A stretch of DNA of 64,000 nt. Source: Mobula hypostoma. Taxonomy: Eukaryota. The notes beneath the pieces are model-generated. The model saw only the letters and a list, made by a program, of their open reading frames with translations. It ran no database searches and was not told where the DNA came from. The translations under genes and the position numbers were made by a program. Positions 1 through 12,400 of the stretch are shown one piece after another (position 1 is the first letter of the stretch; each line of letters opens with the position of its first letter). The stretch is from NCBI RefSeq assembly GCF_963921235.1, contig NC_086107.1:93994001-94058000 (forward strand). The letters run 5' to 3'.

Positions 1-158
1 GTTAGATATGGCCCTTGTGGCTACGGGGATCAGGGGGTATGGAGGGAAGGCTAGTGCAGGGTTCTGAGTTGGATGATCAGCCATGATCATAATAAATGGC
101 GGTGCAGGCTTGAAGGGCTGAATGGCCTACTCCTGCACCTATTTTCTATGTTTCTATG
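1..158 (+). mobile_element. 3' end of CR1 (HER1-like) LINE
   Basis: gatcagccatgatc...gaatggcctactcctgcacct followed by (TTTCTATG)n tail; the same tail type recurs dozens of times in the window. Confidence 0.75.
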
Positions 159-447
159 ACACTTGCAGGCTGCCCCCAGCACATCCTCTACCCAAATGGC
201 GCATTCCACTCTACGTTTTCATGTACATGTGATGAATAATGCTAATCGTTCTTTATATATGGGTGGGTAAATGGGACTGGTTCAGAGAGGCATCTTGGTC
301 AACATGGATGAGTTGGGCCAAAGTGTTTGGTTCTGTTTGGCCCACAGCTCTACATCACAAAAAGAGTGAGGAAAATGTGATCGGGTGAACATGGGACGGT
401 GCATAAAATCTTCACTTACCAAGCCGTTGCAATGCACAGAAAGCACC

Positions 448-458
448 TTACTGGGGAA
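448..458 (-). CDS. MYBPC2: MyBP-C last coding segment (V)PQ* within 39-nt exon V (420-458)
   Basis: Long polypyrimidine tract and ttccag, then TT CCC CAG TAA, completing the VPQ* terminus seen in MYBPC2/3; a gtaagt donor follows at 414-419. Confidence 0.9.
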
Positions 459-3400
459 CTGGAAGAGAATCAGAGACAGAAAACACAAATATTAGAAGTG
501 TTTTTGGTCATTGTGAACTTCTTCTGTCCTATTCCAAGAGCACAGATCAAATTTAAGATCAGAGGCCGGAGTTTAAAAGAGGCAGCTTCTTCACCGCCAG
601 AAGTAGTGGCTGAGGTGGGCATATCAGCAACATATAAGCACCGTCTAGTTAGACAGGAGAGGCTTAGAGGGCTCTGGGCCAAACGCGAGCACATGGGACA
701 AGTTTAGATGGGAGCCGTTCAGTTCATTCAGCACGGAGAGGTTGGGCCAAAGTACTTATTTCCAAGTTGTATGCCTCTATGACTCTAAGTTCAAAGATTC
801 AGAGGTTCAAGCTGCATTTATAATAGAAGCATGCATACAGAGTGCCACTGCGAGATTCACCCTTCGGCTGGCAGCCATAAAACAAGGAAATACCATGGAA
901 CCCGTTCAGGAAAACATCAAGTATCCAATGCACGAAAAAAGAAGAAATTAATCGAATGGCAAAAAGTGAGCAAACATTAAATGTCAAACCAGGAGTCCAG
1001 GAGTATTCAGTTTACTTCAGTTCGGTGTTGTGCTGCTAGCCGGCTGCAGGACACGGGGCAAAGCATTCTTCGCTGAGGTGCCTCACACCATATCAATCAC
1101 CCTGATCAAACCCCTCAATAACAGCAGAGAAAAAACAGTAACCAGAATCCAGGAACACATGCGACATAGACCCCAAATTCCCCCCCCCCCAAAACAAGTA
1201 CACAGCCTCTCTGATCAATCCATGCAATATGGATCCCAAGACTCCTGCACTTTCCTCGGACAGCAGCTAACGAGAGTGAGAGGAAGGCAGGCAGGCAGCA
1301 GCGAACATCCTCCACTCTCGTCCTCATCGACTTCAACCTTGCCTGACGCCTCAACTGAAGAAAAGCAGTGGAGTCCATTATGGGCTCGCACCCTCGATGC
1401 CTCAGTCAGAGCGAAGCAATGGAGTTGATCGTGATCCCTGTTGCCAGGCCGCGCACTCCACTCCAAACCTCACCGTTTTCCCTCGGAGACAGAAAAGCGC
1501 CAGATCTCCCAATCAGCCCGAAAACACACCATCAAATTACAAATCACAGGTTCCAGTCACACGCAGCTTTGTCATAGAATCACAAAGAAGAAGAAGTGAA
1601 AGAGAAATTTTTTGAACTACCTGCAGGACATTGGTCGCTTTGTTCACGGGCGCCATCTTGAACATGAATAGTTTACTTTGAAAGCTGAGTTTATTGTCAC
1701 TACATACTGTATGTATGGTACACTGAGGTACAGGCATCACAGACAGGAGCAAGGCCTTAATCCAAAAATAAAAACCACTATCAGAGGAAAGTCCATGGTC
1801 ATGCAAGAAGTGGTCCGTAATGTCCTGTTGCTGAGGTATCGTTAGGGTTGTGCAGGTCAGTTCAAGAATCTGATGGTTGAAGGGTAGTAGCTGTTCCTGA
1901 ACCTGGTGTGGTAGGACTTTGGGTTTCTGTACCTCCTGCCTGACAGTGGCAGTGAGAAGAAGGCATGAGCCAGACGAGTACAGGTGCCATATTCTTAATA
2001 TGGTGGCTTGTGTAGATGTTATCAGTGAGATCTTCCTGCCTGAACCCCTCTGATACCGGATCACTGCCTTAATCCCCACAGGACTGGTACGGAATGGGTT
2101 GTCCTGGTATGGAAACACCAACGCCCAAAAGCAGAAAAGCCTATAAAAATGGTGGATGCAGCCCAGTCCATCACCATTCATCACGTTCATGAGGAGCAAT
2201 GCCCCAAGAGAGCAGCATCCATCATCAAGGGCCCCCACCACCCAGCCCATGCTCCCTTCCTCCTACAGGCATCAGGAGGAACAGGAGGTTGAGCGGATTA
2301 TCGGCACCCAAATGCCCACCATTGAGAACATCTATCATAAACGCTGCCTGGGCACAGCGAAAAACATTATCAAGGATGCATCTCACTCTAACCATAGACT
2401 TTTTACTCTCCTCCCATCCAGTAAGTGCTACAGGAGCCTCCGCTCCTGCACTAGCAGGTACGGGAAGAGCTTCTTCCCTGAGGCTGTGACCCTGCTGACC
2501 CTCACATCACAGCGCTAAGCAGTATTGCACCCATATTGTACTGTCTCAGTACTTTTATATTTGTGTGCTGTAGCACTTACTTTTTATTCAGCTATTTTGT
2601 AAATAACACTATTCTTTGCATTTCTGGTTAGATGCTAACTGCATTTCATTGGCTTTATATCTGTACTCGGCACAATGACGATAAAGTTGAATCTAATCTA
2701 ATCTAATCTAATTTATTATCCTGAACATTTATTACCCTTCAACCATCAGATTCCTGAACCAGCATGGATAACGAATAATTTAGAGATACAGCACAGAACA
2801 GGCCCTTCCAACGCTTCAAGCCACTCCACCCAACAACCCACAAGTTAACCCTAAGCCCAAGCACAGGACAATTTATAATGACCAATTAACTTACTAACCA
2901 GTATGTCTTTGGACTGTGGGAGGAAACCAGAGCACCTGGAGGAAACCCACGCACACACAGGAAGGAACGTACAAACTTGCTTACAGAAGATGCCAGAATT
3001 TCCAGGGTGGGGTTGAAGCGCTCAGCAGAGGATGGTGCCTGGAGAGGCAGTGTGGGAGGGCTGGTCAGAGGCTCGAAGTTTTCGGACGGAGTCAGAGTCG
3101 GCTGCGGTCGGGTGCTTCCAATGGTGCTGCATCGCAAGTTTGCGGCGCTTGGAGGTTCATGGCGGGGAGAATTTCTCCCTTCTGCCGCCTGCGTGAGATG
3201 ATGAGGCTATCGGGACTTTGAGTCTTTTTTTTACCGTGCCCATGGTCTGCTCTTTATCAAATTACGGTATTGCTTTGCACTGTTGTAACTATATGTTATA
3301 ATTATGTGGTTTTGTCAGTTTTAGTCTTGGTTTGTCCTGTGTTTCTTGTGCTATCATTCTGGAGGAACGTTGTATCATTTTTTAATGCATGCATTTCTAA

Positions 3401-6400
3401 ATGACAATAAACGAGGACTGAGTGTCCTCATAATCTAATCTAATTGAACTCCAAACTTCGACAGCCCGAGCTGTAATGCCGCCGCACTAACCGCTACGTG
3501 CACTCACCTCAACTCTGAACCATTTCAGCCGTGACTCTTCAACTCAAGTCCTTGGTATTACTTATTATTACAAGTTGGGCACCCCTCATCTGAAAACCTC
3601 CAAAATCCAAAATTTTTTTGAGCGCTGGCATGACATTACAAATGGAAAATTCCACAAGGTGCTGCGAAGGTTCGCAGGCACTGGGCATGTCTCCGAACAG
3701 CACAGGCAGTTCTAAAGAGTGACCTCACATAACCTGAGTGGGGCCCTGTTGGCGACAGTTTGTCTTCAGCAGTCATCAGAGCCAGACCTTCGTGCATCAC
3801 TCACAGTGATTACCATGTGGTTTGCGCTTGTTCTCCGCTCATTGCTGTGAAGATATTGTTGAAAATGTCACAAAAGCTTGCAGTTTCCCCTACAGGTAAT
3901 AGTGAAAAGAAAAAGAGGAAACATTTTGTCGCGATGTTTATCTATAACACAGAAAGTCAAGTTGTTGGGCAAACTTGACAGCAGTGTAAGTGTGAAGCAT
4001 CTGACAGAGGGGCATGTTGTTGGAACAACCACCATCTACAACCTGAAGAAACAGAAGGACAAACCGTTGAAGTTCTATGCTGAAAGTAATGAACAGAAGT
4101 TAATGAAAAATAGGAAAAAACAGCATAAAGCAAAAAGTGAAGATCTCGAACGTGTATTGAAAGAGTGGATTCGTCAGCGTCGGAGTGAACATGCCACTTA
4201 ACAGTACGCTGATCATGAAACAAGCAAAGATCTATCACGACGAACTGAAAATTGAAGGCAAGTTTGAATATTCAGCAGGCTGGTTGCTGAAATTTGAGAA
4301 AAAGCACACATTAAGTTTTTAAAGATTTCTAGTGACAAAGCATCTGCTGATCACAAAGCAGCGGGGAAATTGAAGGTCTAGAGCAGCAAGCATTCATAAC
4401 AGAACAAAAAAGCATGTAATTTAAAATCAAAGAAAGATCGCTATGACAAAAACCATTGTTAATGAGGCAGGTGACACTGGAGGAAACATTTTAAAATGTC
4501 ATCCAGCGCAGCGCCTCCTCATCCTGACAGCATCCTCTTCCAGGTCCCTCAGCCACTTCTGATATTCCTCCTCACAATGATGTCAACGATGATGTACCTG
4601 CTCCATCAGGTTTCTCAGAACTGATGTACTTGCAGTGTTTGGAGCTGCACTTACCTTCTTTTGTAAGCGAAGAACACCACGATTTTTTGGTACTTACAAA
4701 GCATATTATTTTTGCATGAAATCTGAATTTCATCTCCACCTAAAATCCAATGTTTGAGTGCAACATGACCAGCATCATTACAGCGTTAAAAGTAAAATGT
4801 TGGCTCCCCCCCCCCCACAGTTTTCATGACATTTGCTTGTAATTAAATTTAATCCTTTGTTTTTATGTCCCACTTGGTGGCGCAATAATATCAGCGCCGG
4901 ACTCTGGAGCGAAGGTTCCCAAGTTCGAATCCTAGTCAGGTTGAGCAACTCGAGCTAGCAACTCGGCCTCGTAAAAACAAGAATAGCTTGCTACGGAAAC
5001 ACCGTCACGACGGTGCCCCGATAACTCCACTGCCAAGTTAAGGGCTATTCTTCTTCTTCTTCTTCTTCGTTTTTATACTTTCCATAAACCCTAGGAAAAT
5101 GCAAATCCAGTGTACTGTAAACTTTAATCAAAACACAGCATCGTAGGTGGAGACTGAAAGCCTGCTGACTCCCGATGCTGTTGTGCTGCTTTTGTTATCC
5201 AGCACACATTATACTCACGGCATGTAATCACTTTTACTGTACATATATGTATTGAACAAGTGTAAGGCTTTCCGGTAGCATATAAATTCAGAATTGGGAA
5301 TGATGGCAATGCCAAGCAGCCACTAGTTAGTCCACCTAGGTGGCCGAGGTAGTGATAGCTTGCCTTTCTGATGATTCAATGTGCATGTTATTGTTTCGTG
5401 CACAAATTTACTATATAAAAATACCTTCAGGCTGTACGTGTAAGCTGGATACGTCATATAATGGATTTTGCATTTAGACTTGGTCCCATCCCCAAGTTAT
5501 CTCATTACATTGATGCCAATATTCCAAAATCCAAACCCGAAATACTTCTAGCCCCAAGCATTTTGGATAAGGGGGGCTCAAACCTGTATTGTTATTAATA
5601 TTAATATTATAATTTATTTGCACAGTTGCCTCCTTTTGCACATTGGTTTCTTGTCGGTCTTTGTTTGAATAGTTTTTTTTCATTGATTCTATTGTATTTC
5701 TTTATTCTACTGTGAATGCCTGTAAGAAAATCAATCTCAAGATACTATGTCGTGACATATACAGTGAATTCTAGTTAATTAAGCCATCAAATAATTAGGG
5801 CAGCTGCTTATTTGGGATAATTTGGAAAAACTAAGCGAGAAAGTAGCAGGGATTCCATACATTTATATGGGACACTATGCCGCTTAATTGGGACATGAGG
5901 TTGTTGCCAAATAGTTTCTAACTAGCATTGATTGTGTGCAATTGCGTGGCCTCTAGACCTTACACCATGCTAAGAACAAACAGTTTTTAAATAGCATCAG
6001 TTGCATGTGTGTTCAAAAAGCAGTGATTTTGTCACCGAGAGTTGGTGAGACATAAGCAGTAAGACAATTCAGAACTGTTTTGCTCACTGCAGCTTTAAAT
6101 ATTCAGGCTTCAAGATGCCAGATATGGCTGTGAGTGAAAATCAGATGATTTCACAACCCAAAACAAGTGAGGAGCTATGAGGAATTTGAAGGTATCGACA
6201 GTTACCTTGAATGTTACAATGAAAATGAAGATTTTGAAGATGCAATCATTGAAAGCTTTGTATAAAGGCAGTCCATTATCAGCACTGGGTGTTTAATTGG
6301 GCCAAAATGTGCTGGTCCCGAAATGTCCAAATTAACCAGAATCCACTGTATATACTTTCATATTTAAATTTCCTTTGAACTTTGAACTGTATTTATCCAA

Positions 6401-9400
6401 TGGAGCTAATAGAGAACAGCAACGAGAGAAACTATTCGTACCTCTCACTTCAAGTTTGCATTCCACTTCATCTTCTCCCAGTTCGTTGACGGCCTTGCAA
6501 GTGTAGTTTCCACCATCAAAGGAACTAGGTTTGCGGATTTGAAGCGTCAGGACACCTTGGTTGTGTTTCATCAGGAATTTTGGGTCATCTCCAATCACCA
6601 TCTTGTTCTTCATCCAGATAATCTTCGGCTGCATTGAGGAAAGTGAGTTGTGAAGACAGATCTAACAAAGCGAAGGAGTAGGCAGCAAGGCAGGATGGGA
6701 AGAAGGAACCACGGCAACCAATCAACCAACCAACCAGGCCCCTTTCATAGCCTCACACCACCCAAATATTTCCCTGCCAGTCCTGCATCCCTTCTCCCAT
6801 TGGCCCAGTATATACTCAGTGGCCATTTTACTGGGTGCGGGACGTGCTGGGGAGGCTAGTGCCCGTGATGGAGCTGGGTGTGTTTGCAACTTTCTGCTGC
6901 TTTTTCCAATCCTGTGCTGTGCAGCCCTTTACCAGATGGTGACGCAACCAGTTAGAATGCTGTCCATGATACATCCGTAGAAACTCGCGAGAGTCTCTGG
7001 TGACATACCAAGTCTCCTCAAACTCCGGAGGAAATATAGCCACTGTCATGCCTTCTTTGTAACTGTATTGATATGCTGGGCCCAGGATAGATCTTCATAA
7101 ATGTTGACACCCAGGAAGTGGAATCTGCTCACCCTTTCCACTGCCGATCCTTTGATCAGAGACTGGTGTGTGTGTTCCCTCAACTTCTTCTACCTGAAAT
7201 CCACAATCAACACTTCTGACCTCTCATTAACAAGCCATTTTCACCCACAGAACTGCCACTCACTGAATGTCGCACCATTCTCTGTAAACTCTAGAAACTG
7301 TTCTGCGTGAAGATCCCAGGAGATCAGCAGTTTCTGAGATACTCAAACCACCCCATCTGACACCAACAATCAAGGTCACTTAGATCACATTTCTTCCCCA
7401 TTCTGATGCTTGGTCTGAACAACAACTGAACCCCTTGACCACGTTTGCATGTTTTTATGCATTGAGTTGCTGCCACGGGATTGGCTGATTAGATTGGCGT
7501 TAACGAGCTGGAGTACTGGTGTTCCTAATAAAATGGTGACTGAGTGTAGTATTCTCAGTTCACCTACTCCAATCTTCCCAAGTGCACCAGCCCCATTGAC
7601 CAGCACCTGGACCACAGTCCTCCATAACTCTCCCATCCATTTACTTATCCAATCTTCTCTTAAATGTTGCAATCAAACACCACATCCACCACTTCCACTG
7701 GCACTCCCTTCCACACTCGTGCCACCCTTCTAGTGAAGAAGTTCGCCCTCAGGTTCCCCTAAAATATTTCACTTTTCACCCTTGGCCTTTGACCTCCAGT
7801 TCTAGTTTTGCCCCAACCTTGGTGGATAAAGTCTGCTTGCATTTACCCTTATACCCCTCATAATGTTGTATACCTCTATTAGATCACCCCTCATTCCCTT
7901 ACATTCCAAGGAATAAAGTCCTTAACCTTTTCAACTTTTCCCTCTAACTCAGGTGTCAAGTCTGAGCAGTAAATTTTCTCTATACTCTTTCAAGTTTATT
8001 GATATCTTCATACATCCTGATGGTAGAAAAAGAGACCTTGTGGCCCATTGAGTCTATCCTAGCCCATTCCCTATACTTCTGCCACCCACCTACACAACAG
8101 GGGCAAATTACAGAGGCGAATGGATCTACTAACCATGCGTCTGAGAGAAAACCAGGGGTCCTAAGAGAAACTCGCATGGTCAGAGGGAAAAGGAGAAGAC
8201 GGGTGAGGGAGAGGGACAGTGGGCGTGATGTGAGATGCTAGGAGGTGATGTGTCTCTATTAAAGAGCCCTCTCCCTCACCTGTCTATCACCTGGATTCAC
8301 CTCCCACCTGCCAGTCCCTGCTCCAGCCCTCCGTGCTTCCCGCGGCACGGTAGCGTAGTGGATGGTGTAACGCTTTACAGCACCAGCAACCCGGGTTAAG
8401 TTTCCTCTGCTGGGCGCAAGGAGTGTCTATGTTCTCCCCGTGACGGTGTGGGTTTCCTCCCACTTTCCAAAGATATATGGATTAGGGTTTGTAAGTTGCG
8501 GGCATACTATGTTGGCAACGGAAGCATGGCGACACTTGCGGCTGCCCCCAGCACATCCTTGGACTGTGCTGGTCATTGATGCAAATGACACATTTCACTA
8601 TACGTTTCGATGTACAGGTGACAAATAAAGTTGATCTTTCTCTTCTTTCTTTCACCTATTTATACCATCCATCTCCCAACTTTCTTTTCAAAGACGTATT
8701 GGTCAGTGGGTTATTTGGTCACATGGGTGTAATTGGGCGGTGCGGGCTCGATGGGTCAGAAGGGGCTGGTACCTAAATAAAATAAAAACTCCAATTGCTG
8801 GAAATACTCAGCATGTCAGTCAAGATCAAAGTAAGGCAGGTCAAGGTTTCAGGTCCGAACTGGGAAGGAGGCAGAAGAGGTTGACTAAGACTGGGGCAAG
8901 GGGGTTGTCTCTGATAGGGTAAACCTGGGAGTGACCATGGGGATAAACTATAAACAGGGTTCTCTGGTCCGTAAGTGAAAGGGAGCAGTTAGCGAGCGAG
9001 AACACGGACGAGTGAATGTGGAAGGTGGTGAAATGCGGAGCAGTAACCTTCCTGTGTGCTCACAGCAGATGGACGGGTCAAGAGGAAGAATGTTGTGCCG
9101 TGAATGAGTGCTGGGGCTTCCAAAATACATTTACAGAGACAGTAAATTGGCCCCCTGAAATTCTTAGATACTCCATCAACCTGCAAATTCTTTTCCAAGT
9201 CCATAAAAAAATAAGACACAGGAGCAGAATTAGGCTACTTGGCCTATCGAGTTGGCTCCACCATTCCATCATGGCTGATTTATTAACCCACTCAACCCCA
9301 TTATCCTGGCTTCTCCCCGTAATCTTTGACACCCTTACTAATCAAGAACCTATCAACCTCCGCTTTAAATATACCCAGCGACTTGGCCTCCACAGCTGTC

Positions 9401-12400
9401 TGTGGTAGTGAATTCCACAGACTCTCCACCCTCCAGCTAAAGAAATTCCTACTCATCTCTGTTCTAAAGGTATATCCTTATATTCTGAGGGTGGACTCCC
9501 TCACTATTGGAAACATCCTCTCAAAGCCCACTCTATCTAGGCTTTTTAATATTCAATAGGTTTCAAAGATATTATGCATCCAACATTGTCCTGAAATCTA
9601 CTTACCTCTGTTCCTTTTCCATTGCAAGATCTTAGAGCTCCTTCCCCAACAGCACTGTAGGAACACCCTCACCACACAACCTCAGCAACTCAGGAAGGTG
9701 ACAAATCTCAGAAAAGAAAGTTGGCCTTTCCTTAGCCCGGCCGTATCCACAGATCACAAGGAGTGCAACAGTCGGATGGCCTAATTCCGCTCTTGTGTCT
9801 TATGGTCTCACTAACGCGTGATTCTCAGACAAGAGGGCATAGTTTCACGATAAGGGGCCAAAAAAGGTAGAAATTTTCTTCCTGCAGAGTACTGAAACTC
9901 TGGAACTCTCCACTCCAGAGAGGCACGGAAACAATATAATCAGAAATAGTTAAAGAGGAGGTAGATTCATTTTCAGAACATTGGAGAATTGAGGACTACA
10001 GGGACCAGACACAGAGATGGTTCAGCCATGGTTGTATTGGAATGATCGGGGGGGGGTGGGAGGAGGCCTAATGGACCAAGAGGGCTACTCCTGCTCCTAT
10101 TGAATTGTGTTCTGGTGAAAATACAGGAAGGAATTTAATACAAATGACTCTGCACAATAGGAGTATGCAGAAGCATGCTTAAACCAATATGTTTTACACT
10201 AAAGGCTGATTTATACTTCTGCGTCAAATCGACACCATAGGTACGGCGTAGCCACGAACCCTACACAGAGCCCACGCAGATCCCTACGCCGTAGCCTGAC
10301 GCGCACCTCTCCCAAAAATGTAACAACGCGTTGCGGCAACACAGACCACAACAACAGTGATTGGTCCGCTTGGTAGCATCGCATTTCCTCCTACGCTGCA
10401 ATAGCTTCCCATTGGGCGACTGAAGGGCAGGGAAGGAACTCTGGCTGCAATGCTTTCCATAAAGCTTTACAGACCTCCGAAATTATGGAGGACACATTTC
10501 GCTTTTATGAAAAAAGACGCTCGCTTTAAACTTGTTTACCCCGAGAAAGACTACCATGACCATGAAGCCTTGCGCGGGCAGGTGTGCGGGCATGCAGAGT
10601 GACGCAGACACACCAACGCTCAAGTATAAATGCTCGCAACGCTCATAGGCCACTTGCGTACGTTACGGCGTCCATCTGACGCAGAAGTATAAATCAGCCT
10701 TAAGACTCTCTTTACATGGGGCTCATTTTAACTGGTCCGTTAAACATGCCTTTTGGACTATTGCAGAGGCGGTATTGTTAGAATAAATAAGGTACTCACC
10801 TTGGGAAAGCCTCGAACCGAGCAGCTCAGCTTCGTCGTGTAACCTGCTACAACTGAACGATCCAGCAGAGGCTGGGTGAACTTGGGCGCGTGGCTAAAAT
10901 CGTGCTCCTTGTACTCCGGCCTTATGTAGCTCTTGGCTGTGCCGCAAAATAGGAGAGAGTTAGGATCCAACTAGATATGTTTTTTTCACGCTCTCCAGTA
11001 CTTTTCCACTCGCTGGGTGCCTGCTGCAGGGCTGGAAGTGGACGCTAACTCACAACACTAGGGTGGCACGGTAGCGTAACAGTTAACATAATGCTATTAC
11101 AGCCCCAGTGATCAGGAATCATTTCCTGCCACTGTCTGAATTGAACAGAGTAGAACAGAACGTTATTGTCTTTGCTCAAAACAGTGAGATTTTGCTGCTA
11201 CTCTTACAATACATGCGGGACGGCTTAACTTAAAAAACAACGTCCCATATTTACATGCAACAAGAGCCTTTCATAGTCCATAACTCTCAAAGGCGATTAC
11301 CAAGCCAGGGTCTAACATTATTCAGCTGCACAGCAGCCCTTGGGTAGAAGCTGTTTTTAAGCCTTACTATCTTGACTAATAATCCCATTGATGTGGGCAC
11401 GTGGCCAAGTGGTTAAGGCATTGGACTAGCGACCTGAAGGTCGTGAGTTCGAGCCCCAGCCAAGGCAATGTGTTGTGTCCTTGAGCAAGGCACTTAATCA
11501 CACATTGCTCTGCGACGACACTGGTGCCAAGCTGTATGGGTCCCAATGCCCTTCCCTTGGACAACATCGGTGTTGTGGAGAGGGGAGACTTGCAGCATGG
11601 GCAACTGCTGGTCTTCCATACAACCTTGCCCAGGCCTGCGCCCTGGAGAGTGAAGACTTTCCAGGCGCAGATCCATGGTCTTGCAAGACTAACGGATATC
11701 TTTATTATCTTGACTAATATGTTACTATATCTCCAACCAGGTGGCAGGAGATGAAACAGACAGCATCTGGGATGGGATGAGTCTTTAACGATGCACTGAG
11801 AGTTGTAGATTGTCTCCCGGTCCGGTAGTTCAGTAGTTCAGTCCCATTGATGAGCTGAGCCATCCTAATCACCTCTCCCCATTTCCTCCCACTTTCCAAA
11901 GATGTACGGGTAGTGTTTTAAATTTAATATTTCAGCAATATTTGCGTAATCATGTTTATATATTGTTTGTTTAAGCATTCTCATTCATTTAAATAATTCA
12001 TTATGGGTTATATGTAAAAAGACTTGAAGCGTATGCGTCATGATGCTACCACACGATATGTGGGCGCCTCGCTTAAAGTAAACCCAAGGTTTTACTCACA
12101 TTTCAGACTCCTGTGTCGTCCTTTGTTTAATGTTTTGAAGTTACAGGACAGGGCAGGTCTGGGTTAGTAAGTTGCGGGCCTGCTGTGCTGGCACCGTTGG
12201 CATGGCAACACTCGCAAGCTGTTCCTCCCCCCCCCCAGTGCATCCTTGGACTGTGTTGGTTGTTGACGTAAAACAATGCATTTCACTGTATGTTTCGATG
12301 TACAAGTGACAAGTAAAGCCGATCTTTCTATCTTTAAATCCATGCAATTCATTATGGTGGTCAGCTACCAGAGGGACAACCGTGACACTTACATTCTTTC

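Larger units (their letters stand above)
3571..5586 (+). mobile_element. Tigger4/Zombi-like pogo DNA transposon, internally deleted
   Basis: TA|CAAGTTGGGCACCCCTCATC ... GATAAGGGGGGCTCAAACCTG|TA imperfect TIRs with TA TSD; contains a CENP-B-type transposase remnant. Confidence 0.85.

Noticed and set aside
1537..2250. 237-aa minus-strand ORF
   Set aside because: Spans several unrelated LINE fragments; chance open frame
3878..4201. Domesticated TIGD/Jerky-like gene
   Set aside because: Multiple frameshifts, deleted DDE domain and intact transposon ends indicate a dead element
6332..6441. Alternative C-terminus by read-through of the exon U donor
   Set aside because: Runs into a LINE tail and MITE; a proper VPQ* exon exists at 448-458
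11395..11465. tRNA gene
   Set aside because: A/B boxes are the head of a SINE with body, tail and TSD; no convincing cloverleaf
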